Shown: positions 1 through 7,415 of the stretch, in pieces
Layout: every line of letters starts with the position of its first letter
How positions within the stretch are numbered: the first letter of the stretch is position 1
Source of the DNA: an uncultured Bacilli bacterium
Lineage (GTDB): Bacteria > Bacillota_I > Bacilli_A > RF39 > UBA660
Reading direction: 5' to 3'
Assembly: GCA_910583945.1 (NCBI GenBank)
Contig: CAJTYF010000007.1
Span: forward strand, 1-32,000
DNA: 32,000 nucleotides
Notes under the pieces: model-generated
The model's input: the letters and a program-made list of their open reading frames with translations, nothing else
What the model was told of the DNA's origin: nothing
The model's database searches: none
Program-made: the position numbers and the translations under genes

Positions 1-107
1 CTTATTATAATCTGTCCTTTTCTTTTTTGTCTAATTTATTGTAACCAATCCATATTCATTTCTTTTATTTTTAGAACCATTTTAACAAAAATCCAGGGAA
101 AGAACAA

Positions 108-248
108 TTAGTCTTCTTTAATTTTTTCTAATTTCAATTCATTTTCGGTCACTTCAATATACTCCTCAATAAATTCCTTTTGTTCATATAAAAAAACGAG
201 TAACCATTCTAATTGTTCTTTTTTAGTAAGCGTTCTTATTTCAATCAT
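108..248 (-). CDS. small hypothetical protein, 46 aa (below the size cut-off of the supplied ORF track)
   Basis: ATG at 246-248 lies 5 nt downstream of GGAGGT (254-259 on minus strand). Reads MIEIRTLTKKEQLEWLLVFLYEQKEFIEEYIEVTENELKLEKIKED, with TAA at 108-110. No family recognised. Confidence 0.4.
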   Translation of the reverse strand: MIEIRTLTKKEQLEWLLVFLYEQKEFIEEYIEVTENELKLEKIKED

Positions 249-340
249 AGGCTACCTCCATCTTTATTACTATATTGTATTAAATAAAAAGAATCTTTTG
301 TATAATATTTATCTATTTATAATGAATAATTTAATAGCCT

Positions 341-372
341 AAAAAAGAAGACACAACAAACAAGCCGTCTTC
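341..372 (-). terminator. rho-independent terminator downstream of the HTH-CYTH gene
   Basis: On the minus strand: GAAGAC-14 nt loop-GTCTTC followed by TTTTTT (A-run 341-346 on plus). Confidence 0.55.
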
Positions 373-379
373 TATTGTT

Positions 380-409
380 ACTCGAAATTTCGAGTTTATC
401 AATTTGGTA
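380..409. repeat. degenerate direct-repeat copy A (tRNA 3' tail TACCA plus downstream hairpin)
   Basis: actcgaaatttcgagtttatcaatttggta matches 1597-1629 at 28/30 positions with one 3-nt indel. It contains the hairpin ACTCGAAATTTCGAGT. Confidence 0.7.
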
Positions 410-446
410 CCCTAAAAGATGAGGGATAATAACTTTTAATCTAAAA

Positions 447-1196
447 CTAATCCTTATAAATAATATGATATGGATATCCTCTTTTATCTATATTATTTAG
501 ATTTAAATTAAGATTTTTTGCAATTTTAATTAGATTATCATATTCTTTTATAGCATTATCATTATATTTTTTTACTTCTATTTCTATAAAATATCCTAAA
601 TTATCAACATAGTCCAAAGCAACTTCATACTTATTTAAATAAAGATATGTATTTCTTATTTTATTTACTACTGCAATTTTTTCTAGTCCTAATATTCCAA
701 ATATTTTATCTAAATTTTTATCATTATCTATCTCAACTTCATATTCATCACAATACATATTATTATACCAATTTTTATAATTTAATATTTTTTTATTTCC
801 TCTTATCCCAATTCTAAGCCATTCGTTTATAGTTTCTTTATTTTCCTTTAAAAATTTTCTATGCAATGGTTGATAATAGGTATCATATTGTTTATTATTT
901 TTTAAAAATTCACCTTTGCTTTTCATAATATTTTCAATAATTTTAAATTCATAGTTAGATAATTTAATTTTAATTTCAGTTTCAATATCATTTTTAGGAT
1001 TATCTCCATAAATTAAATATCCTATACTTCCATCTAATATTTCACTTATTTTTATTATCATTTCTAAATTAGGTTCTGTTCGATTAGATTCCCAACTTGA
1101 AATAGTTTTATCAGTTACATAAATTAGTTCTGCCAATTGTTGTTGTGTTATACCTTTTTCTTTCCTTAATTTTGCTATTCTACTGCCTAAATTCAT
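447..1196 (-). CDS. XRE-family HTH fused to CYTH / class IV adenylate cyclase (CyaB-like) domain
   Basis: N-terminus IAKLRKEKGITQQQLAELIYVTDKTISSWESNRTEP is a classic HTH_3. The C-terminal about 170 aa carries the CYTH ExExK motif (ETEIK), WLRIGIRG, EYEVEID and the CyaB-type terminal LGYFIEIE. The likely start is the ATG at 1196 (GGTGA 5 nt upstream) rather than the track start at 1223. Confidence 0.75.
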   Translation of the reverse strand: MNLGSRIAKLRKEKGITQQQLAELIYVTDKTISSWESNRTEPNLEMIIKISEILDGSIGYLIYGDNPKNDIETEIKIKLSNYEFKIIENIMKSKGEFLKNNKQYDTYYQPLHRKFLKENKETINEWLRIGIRGNKKILNYKNWYNNMYCDEYEVEIDNDKNLDKIFGILGLEKIAVVNKIRNTYLYLNKYEVALDYVDNLGYFIEIEVKKYNDNAIKEYDNLIKIAKNLNLNLNNIDKRGYPYHIIYKD

Positions 1197-1290
1197 TTTT
1201 ATCACCCAATTAAATTTTAACATATAAATATTTAATATTTTCTCTACAAATTGTAGATTTATAGCATATTGATTTAGTCAAGTACAAGTG

Positions 1291-1299
1291 TGTTATAAT
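1291..1299 (+). promoter_or_regulatory. extended -10 promoter element (TGTTATAAT), divergent from the HTH-CYTH gene
   Basis: TGtTATAAT at 1291-1299. A weak TTGATT sits 19 nt upstream. No mapped TSS. Confidence 0.35.
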
Positions 1300-1567
1300 T
1301 CAATATAAATACATTATGTTAGCAACAAATGTTGGCTATAATAACTTTGGATACATTGGAAATATATCAGATGCTTTCACTTTCAATTATCTCTTGTTAA
1401 AAGAAAGGTGGTAATTATCTTACTTCTAAAATAGCAAAAGCATCTGATTTCAACATTAGTTGATTTCAGATGCTATTCTTCAAGGGATTACATCTGATTC
1501 TCTCAATCATATGTCCCTTTTTTATTATATGCAAGTTTCCTCTTGCATATTCACAATGACATAAAAG

Positions 1568-1590
1568 CGCACTTTTATCAAGTGCGTTTT
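1568..1590. terminator. bidirectional hairpin terminator
   Basis: CGCACT-tttatca-AGTGCG, flanked by an A-run upstream and TTTT downstream. Confidence 0.5.
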
Positions 1591-1596
1591 ACTAAT

Positions 1597-1629
1597 ACTC
1601 GAAAGTTCGAGTTAACTATCAATCTGGTA
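1597..1629. repeat. degenerate direct-repeat copy B (overlaps tRNA-Met 3' end and its terminator hairpin)
   Basis: actcgaaagttcgagttaactatcaatctggta. See copy A at 380-409. Confidence 0.7.
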
Positions 1630-1701
1630 GCGCCGGGGAGATTCGAACTCTCGACCTACCGGGTATGAACCGGTTGCTCTAGCCAACTGAGCTACAGCGC
1701 C
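1625..1701 (-). tRNA. tRNA-Met (anticodon CAT), elongator-like, encoded CCA
   Basis: The reverse complement GGCGCTGTAGCTCAGTTGGCTAGAGCAACCGGTTCATACCCGGTAGGTCGAGAGTTCGAATCTCCCCGGCGCTACCA folds as a cloverleaf with anticodon loop TTCATAC. Non-Watson-Crick pairs noted: G1:U72, U6:G67 and an A:C in the T stem. A lysidine tRNA-Ile2 cannot be excluded from sequence alone. Confidence 0.85.
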
Positions 1702-1783
1702 ATAACAAGAACAATTTAATCTTATCATAATTTATGTTATCTTACAACATTAATTGCACACTTTTACCAAAAAACAAATAAAT

Positions 1784-2732
1784 TTATTCACGATTCTCAA
1801 TTTTTTCAAAAATAAGATTTTTCTTACCAACATAGGCACTCATAGGTCTGATTAACTTATTAGCCTTTCTTTGTTCTTCAATATGAGCAAACCATCCTGA
1901 TACTCGACTCATCACAAAAATTGGAGTAAAATAAGAAGCCTTTATTCCTATCCCATCATACAAAACAGCACTATAAAAATCTAAATTAGGAGGCAGATCA
2001 GGACGCTTCTCATACATCACCTTTTCTATTTCCTCGGCTATCAAAAATTTAGAACAACCACCAAAAATATTTTTAGTCATAGCTTTAGCAATAGCGTTCT
2101 AGGATCTCCTTTTTTTCCATAAATTCTATGTCCAAATCCCATAATAATTTTTTTAGCATCTAACATTTTTGTAATAATACTTGAAACATTTTCAATGGCA
2201 TCTATAGAATCAATTAAGTGAATTGCTTGTTCATTGGCTTCACCATGTAAGCATCCTTTTAAAGTAGCAATAGCACTTACAACACAACTATAAAAATCAC
2301 TTTTCATTGACGCACATATTCGGCTCGCAAAAGTTGATGCATTAAAATCGTGTTCTGCATAAAGAATTAAAGATAAATTAAAAGCTCTTTTATTTATCTC
2401 AGATAATAATCCTAATTTATCTAAAAAATAACCCACTACGGTTTGTTCTTTTGAATCAAAATTAATTTCACAATTATTGGTGGCGTAATGATACCAAAAA
2501 ATTAAAACCGAACAAATAGTGCTTATAATTTTAATTTTTATTAAATGAACATGATTAAAATTTTCTTCCTCTGGCTCTAAGGTATTTAGAAAAGCAATAA
2601 GTAAGCGACTTCCTCAAAATCACAATTTTTAGCTAAATCTTCTATGGCATAGCCGAAATAAGAAAGCCCTTCTTGTTCATTACAACAACAAATATGTGTT
2701 TCCCCCTTCACTTCTCAATACCCTCACCTCAT
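1784..2732 (-). pseudogene. citrate synthase pseudogene (multiple frameshifts and stops)
   Basis: Three frames carry consecutive citrate synthase segments. N-terminal: GLSYFGYAIEDLAKNCDFEEVAYLLL, with stops upstream and at 2586-2588. Middle: LILYAEHDFNASTF...LKGCLHGEANE...GFGHRIYGKKGDPR. C-terminal: NLDFYSAVLY...FTPIFVMSRVSGWFAHIEEQ...LIRP. Frame changes lie near 2588 and 2077-2080. Confidence 0.85.
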
Positions 2733-2799
2733 AAATTAAATTTGAATATTTAGACCAATTAAAGAAAAAATTTAGTTTTTACACTAAATAATCTTTCCT

Positions 2800-3159
2800 T
2801 TAAATCCATCTGGAAATATAAATATTCCTTTTTGTATCTTCTTCATATTTATTAAAAATAGAAATAATATTTTCAACAATTGTCTTTAAAATATTAGTAC
2901 AAGTATTAGTAACTTTAACTCTAAAAATCTCTTGTTGCATTCTTCGACGGAAAAAATAATCATCAATATACTTTCCTAAAACATAATCAATCCTTTTAAC
3001 CATATTTATCTCTTCACGATTATCTAAATCAGCTTTAAAAATAAAATCTTCATAAATTTTGATTAACTTTTCAGTCACTGAATCTTCCTCAAAATATTCA
3101 AAATTTATAATTCGATAAAAATTCGGACAAATGTCTAGTACTAATTTATTCTTCTCCAC
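2800..3159 (-). CDS. hypothetical protein, 119 aa
   Basis: Clean ORF with no overlap and no recognisable motif. Divergent from the vanY-like gene. Confidence 0.5.
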   Translation of the reverse strand: MEKNKLVLDICPNFYRIINFEYFEEDSVTEKLIKIYEDFIFKADLDNREEINMVKRIDYVLGKYIDDYFFRRRMQQEIFRVKVTNTCTNILKTIVENIISIFNKYEEDTKRNIYISRWI

Positions 3160-3181
3160 TGCTTTACTCCTCCATCTATTA

Positions 3182-3226
3182 TAGAACCATCATACTACAT
3201 TTAGAACCATTTGTAAATAATAGAAC
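3182..3226 (+). repeat. phased direct repeats TAGAACCAT / TAGAACCAT / TAGAAC
   Basis: Copies start at 3182, 3202 and 3221 (spacing 20 and 19 bp). A further perfect TAGAACCAT is at 72-80. Confidence 0.6.
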
Positions 3227-3239
3227 TTGATGTTATAAT
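3211..3239 (+). promoter_or_regulatory. sigma-A type promoter of the vanY-like gene
   Basis: TTGTAA (3211-3216), 17 nt spacer, TGtTATAAT (TATAAT at 3234-3239). SD AAGAGG lies ahead of the ATG at 3267. Confidence 0.5.
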
Positions 3240-3266
3240 ACTTTTAAATAGAAAAGAGGTTTTCGA

Positions 3267-4232
3267 ATGACTCAAAAAAAACATTTAAAGCTTAAAAAGA
3301 AAGTGATTTATATTGGTCTTTTTGTTTTAACGCTTTTGACCTTTTTTGTAAATTTAGGTTTACATTTTTATCAAAATTACAAGTATAAACAAACAAATGA
3401 ATACAAACTCATCAACCTTGGCTACACAAAAGAAGAAGCAACACTTCTTTTAAACACTTTTAATGAGGATGAAGAATTAAAGAATATTTTAGAAATGAAA
3501 AAAAATGACAAATTAATTGCTTTAATTCAAGAAAAATATTATATGAAAAAAAATTTAGAACGCTATTTAGCTTATATGGATAAAAATAAAGAAACATCCA
3601 TAAATGAAGTAGTGACTTTAGTAAACGTTCACCGCGATTCTAATTATTATGAAAACACAATAGAAGCGAATAAAGATAAAGGTATACTTTTAAACGTCAA
3701 TAAATATTATTATCTAAGTGAAGAATACGTTCCAGAAAATTTAGAAAAAATAAGTATTCGATTCGCTTACGCTGGAAATAATATCATAAGTGAAGCCAAT
3801 AATGCTTTTTATGATTTATGCAAAAGTGCAGAACAAGAAGGTTTAACTTTAATTGTCAACTCAAGTTATAGAAGTTATGAAAATCAAGTCAATACCTATC
3901 GAAGCATCAAAAATTCTAAAGGAGAAAGAGAAGCGGATAAAACTGCGGCAAGACCTGGTCATTCAGAACATCAAACAGGACTATCGGTGGATGTATTTGA
4001 AAAAAACAATCAATCCACAGCAACATTTAAAGATTCAGAAGCCTACACTTGGTTAAAAGAAAATGCTCATAACTACGGTTTTATAGAAAGATATCCTGAA
4101 GGCAAAGAAAACATTACTGGTTATAATGCTGAAGCTTGGCACTGGCGTTATGTTGGAATCGATGTAGCTAAAAAAATTCATGACGAGAACATCACTTTTG
4201 ATGAATACTATGCTTTTTATGTAGAAAATTAG
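3267..4232 (+). CDS. membrane-anchored VanY-type D-Ala-D-Ala carboxypeptidase (peptidase M15B)
   Basis: N-terminal TM helix. Zinc/active-site motifs SEHQTGLSVD (SxHxxGxAxD) and EAWHWRY (ExxH). Confidence 0.85.
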   Translation: MTQKKHLKLKKKVIYIGLFVLTLLTFFVNLGLHFYQNYKYKQTNEYKLINLGYTKEEATLLLNTFNEDEELKNILEMKKNDKLIALIQEKYYMKKNLERYLAYMDKNKETSINEVVTLVNVHRDSNYYENTIEANKDKGILLNVNKYYYLSEEYVPENLEKISIRFAYAGNNIISEANNAFYDLCKSAEQEGLTLIVNSSYRSYENQVNTYRSIKNSKGEREADKTAARPGHSEHQTGLSVDVFEKNNQSTATFKDSEAYTWLKENAHNYGFIERYPEGKENITGYNAEAWHWRYVGIDVAKKIHDENITFDEYYAFYVEN

Positions 4233-4248
4233 AAAAGAGGTTTTTTAA

Positions 4249-5211
4249 ATGCTTTTAAATTTAATTATTTTAATTGTTGGTTTTGTCATACTCGTAAAAG
4301 GAGCCGATGTTTTTGTCGATGCCGCCACCAGTTTAGCTAAAAATTTTCACCTCTCCAAAATGTTAATTGCATTAACCATTGTTGCATTTGGTACCAGTGC
4401 TCCTGAATTTGCTGTATCCATAAAAGCGATGCTAAGTGAAACAGGAGACATTGTTTTAGGAAATGTCATTGGAAGCAATATTCTAAATATTTTATTAATT
4501 TTAGGGGTTTCAAGTTGTATCCACTCTTTAAACGTTAAAAGTGCTACAATAAAAAAAGAATTACCTATTACCATGCTTATAACTTCTCTGTTTATCATTC
4601 TGGTGAACGATATTTTTTTAGCCAATGGTAGTGAAAACATTCTTACAAGATCGGATGGAATGATTATCTTACTCTTCTTTTCTATCTTTATTTATTACCT
4701 ATTTACCATTATGAAAAATAAATCTGATAATAACGATGAAGACGAAAAACCAAAATACAACATTTTTTTATCGTTTGTTTTTACAATTTTAGGAATCATT
4801 TGTTTAGTATTTGGTAGCAATGCTGTCGTAGATGCCGCAAGTGAAATTGCTAAAATAGTAGGAGTCAGTGAAAGAGTCATCGCCCTAACGATTATAGCAT
4901 TAGGAACTAGTCTTCCAGAACTTGTAACAAGTATTGTTGCAACAAAAAAAGGAGAATACGATATAGCTATTGGTAACGTTGTAGGAAGTAATATTTTTAA
5001 TATAGGAATAGTATTAGGCATTCCAATAACAATTTTTGGAAACATTTCTCATATTACATTTAATTCGATTGATTTATTAATCATGCTCCTATCTGCAGTT
5101 CTTCTTTTCTTATTTAGTTTTAAAGATCATAAAATCAGTCGCAAACAAGGCATAATTTTTTTAATAATCTTTACTATCTATTATAGTCATGTAATTATTT
5201 CTTCATTATAA
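4249..5211 (+). CDS. CaCA-family sodium/calcium exchanger (YrbG-like)
   Basis: About 10 TM segments and two alpha-repeats, GNVIGSNILNILLILG and GNVVGSNIFNIGIVLG. Confidence 0.85.
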   Translation: MLLNLIILIVGFVILVKGADVFVDAATSLAKNFHLSKMLIALTIVAFGTSAPEFAVSIKAMLSETGDIVLGNVIGSNILNILLILGVSSCIHSLNVKSATIKKELPITMLITSLFIILVNDIFLANGSENILTRSDGMIILLFFSIFIYYLFTIMKNKSDNNDEDEKPKYNIFLSFVFTILGIICLVFGSNAVVDAASEIAKIVGVSERVIALTIIALGTSLPELVTSIVATKKGEYDIAIGNVVGSNIFNIGIVLGIPITIFGNISHITFNSIDLLIMLLSAVLLFLFSFKDHKISRKQGIIFLIIFTIYYSHVIISSL

Positions 5212-5237
5212 AAGTTGGTTTAAAGCCAACTTTTTTT
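5211..5237. terminator. bidirectional rho-independent terminator
   Basis: AAAGTTGG-tttaaag-CCAACTTT followed by TTTT. It sits between convergent genes. Confidence 0.7.
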
Positions 5238-6426
5238 AATCGATTAAAAATCTTGCCCGTACACCACGATTGCCACTAAGATTTCCACTAAAAGCAAGTC
5301 CTTGTATCCCTACATCAGCAAATCTAGTAGAGGCAGAAACGTCTTTTAACCAAAAATTAAAGCGTTTATTTCCCTTATAACTATTAATACACTCTGATTT
5401 TAATTGAAAAATGGCATATTGACGACAATCAATTCCTGTATCATATTCTGAAGAGGACCATATAGTCCCACCAAAAACATTGACTTCACTCATTAAATCA
5501 ATTTTTCTTGTATACCATGCCCATTCTTTTGAACTTCCACTATGAATTCCGCCACTTTGATTTATAGCATTAGCATTTATATTTTTTGACAGCATACTTC
5601 TATACTTTAGAATATGGCTCCCAAATGTCTTTCCAATAATTCCATTAGCTGATATCAAATTTTGAAGAGTTTCAGTAACCATTTTACTATTTATATACCC
5701 TCCTTCAGCGGTATCAGTTAAATTCATTGGAGCATTCATAAGTGGCTTTGCTGGAATAATCGTTGCATGATGACTTTCTAATCCATTTCCTTGATCTCCA
5801 GCGTATAAATAATTATCAAGATCGGCAATCAGCCATGTCACTTCATTTGCTATGATATAATCACCGGCATAAATGTCTTTAAAACTTCCTTTACTGATTC
5901 TAGTATATAAACTTTCATCTGTATAATAACGAGTTATCTCTTTTCCTCGATACGTATTTCTATGTAACGCTTTTCCTGCTTCAATGTATTTATTGTATTC
6001 TTCTTCACTTAATCCACTTGTAAACTCAATGTTGCATTTTGATTCACTGCTAACATTGTTTAACACTAAGTTCCAATTATTATAATCTCATTCCCCAAAC
6101 ATTCCATTTGTACAATGCACATTTGTTTTATATAATCCTCTTTCTGGAATACTTTCACTTTTTTTATCATCTACGACAACACTTAATAATTTGATATCGT
6201 AACCAAAATCTGGAATTCTTCCTTTTAATACATTAAAACTTTTCTTTTCTTCATAAAACGCAAACGTTTTATATAACGTGATACTTCCTATGATTAACAA
6301 AATTCCTAGTATGGAATACATAATTTTTTTATTCTTTTTGTCCTTGGTAAACCTTTCTAGTTGGTTATTAGTTTCTAATAACCCCCCTAGAATTAAGGAT
6401 ATACCCAAATACAACTTAAACACCAA
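5236..6426 (-). pseudogene. membrane-anchored secreted protein interrupted by one in-frame TGA (6088-6090)
   Basis: ORFs 6088-6426 and 5236-6066 are in the same frame and separated only by the TGA plus 7 sense codons (..NGMFGE*DYNNWNLVLNNV..). The N-terminal signal-anchor is KKIMYSILGILLIIGSITLY. The C-terminus ends FWLKDVSAS...GVRARFLID, reminiscent of phage/adhesin-type WLR-motif domains, but that family assignment is unsure. The start codon is uncertain. Confidence 0.6.
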
Positions 6427-6445
6427 AAGATTAGTAAATTAGATT

Positions 6446-7414
6446 TTAATAGGAAGTTGTCCTAGTTAGATGATAAGGTTTATATTCTTTTGTCTTATCT
6501 TGTCCTTTACTCCATATAAAATCATTTATATCAATTCTATCAATACATTTATCTATCTTGTTCCAAATATAGTTTATTACTACAATTTGACTTGCTCTAA
6601 TTTCAACTTCATATTCACTATTTTCATCAATTTCAGTTTTAGTTTCCAATAATAAAGACAATTCTTTATCGTATTCTAAAATTCCAAATCCTTGCATCAC
6701 TTGTGGTATTTTATAATCTGCACAGCCTAAAAGATTAGAATAATCAACTTGTTTTTGCTCTTTATTTTCAATTACATGTAGAATATCGGATGTTAATAAC
6801 TGTGCTAATTTATAAAAATATATTGTTTCTCCTTTATAAGTTCTAATATCTTCAAAACTACTAAAATACTCTAGTATAGTGCTAAATATTTCTAGATCAC
6901 TATTCATTGCATTAATATATCCATAGAAATCACTGTTCATTTTTTCATTTACTACTTTTGCAATTTCTGTAACAATTCTATATCTTTCTTCTATAAGAGG
7001 AATATCTATATTACCTTTTAGAATGTTCTTAAATTCTTCTAAGGTTATGTTTTCTAATTGTTTAAAAACCTCTACACTATCATGACCATTAAATAAATCG
7101 AATATGCAATACAAAAGTGCAATCCCACCATCTAAGTTTTTTCCATTTGCATCAACTGTCCATTTAGGATTACCCCAAAAAGAAAAATCTATAGAATCAT
7201 ATATAAGTAAAAAATTAACTAAATCCTTTGTATTCATTTCATAAACAGCATAAGGAACTTTGGTTAAATAATGAACATTATTAAACTTTAATAATTCATC
7301 TATTAAAACATCAACTTTATCATAGTTAATTTTAACATGTTTTGCATTATTCACAACAAATTTGCATGTTTCTAAAATTTCGTTTAATCTATTACTCATA
7401 TTATTTACCACCAT
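6446..7414 (-). CDS. qng1: QNG1/DUF2419 family queuosine 5'-phosphate N-glycosylase (queuosine salvage protein)
   Basis: Collinear with my recollection of human QNG1/C9orf64: DSIDFSFW, ITLEEFKNILKGNIDIPLIEERYRIV, IYFYKLAQLL, ADYKIPQVM..GIL.Y, EYEVEIRA, PYHLTRTTSY. The likely start is the ATG at 7399 (GGTGG 7 nt upstream); the alternative ATG at 7414 lies 1 nt from the rhuM stop. Confidence 0.85.
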   Translation of the reverse strand: MVVNNMSNRLNEILETCKFVVNNAKHVKINYDKVDVLIDELLKFNNVHYLTKVPYAVYEMNTKDLVNFLLIYDSIDFSFWGNPKWTVDANGKNLDGGIALLYCIFDLFNGHDSVEVFKQLENITLEEFKNILKGNIDIPLIEERYRIVTEIAKVVNEKMNSDFYGYINAMNSDLEIFSTILEYFSSFEDIRTYKGETIYFYKLAQLLTSDILHVIENKEQKQVDYSNLLGCADYKIPQVMQGFGILEYDKELSLLLETKTEIDENSEYEVEIRASQIVVINYIWNKIDKCIDRIDINDFIWSKGQDKTKEYKPYHLTRTTSY

Positions 7415-7415
7415 T

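Noticed and set aside
6088-6090. The in-frame TGA as evidence for genetic code 4 (TGA read as Trp, Mollicutes-like).
   Set aside because: Long conserved genes (nrdD at 718 aa, the ABC genes, the M16 peptidases) are uninterrupted under the standard code. TGA also ends three reading frames: lspA (11184), the ttcA-like gene (22920) and the AraC fragment (27015). A code-4 genome at this GC content would be littered with internal TGAs.
6382-6387. A G6/C6 tract in the 5' region of the surface-protein gene as an independent phase-variation site.
   Set aside because: Six residues is short for efficient slippage, and the true start codon of the gene is uncertain. It is mentioned only as context.
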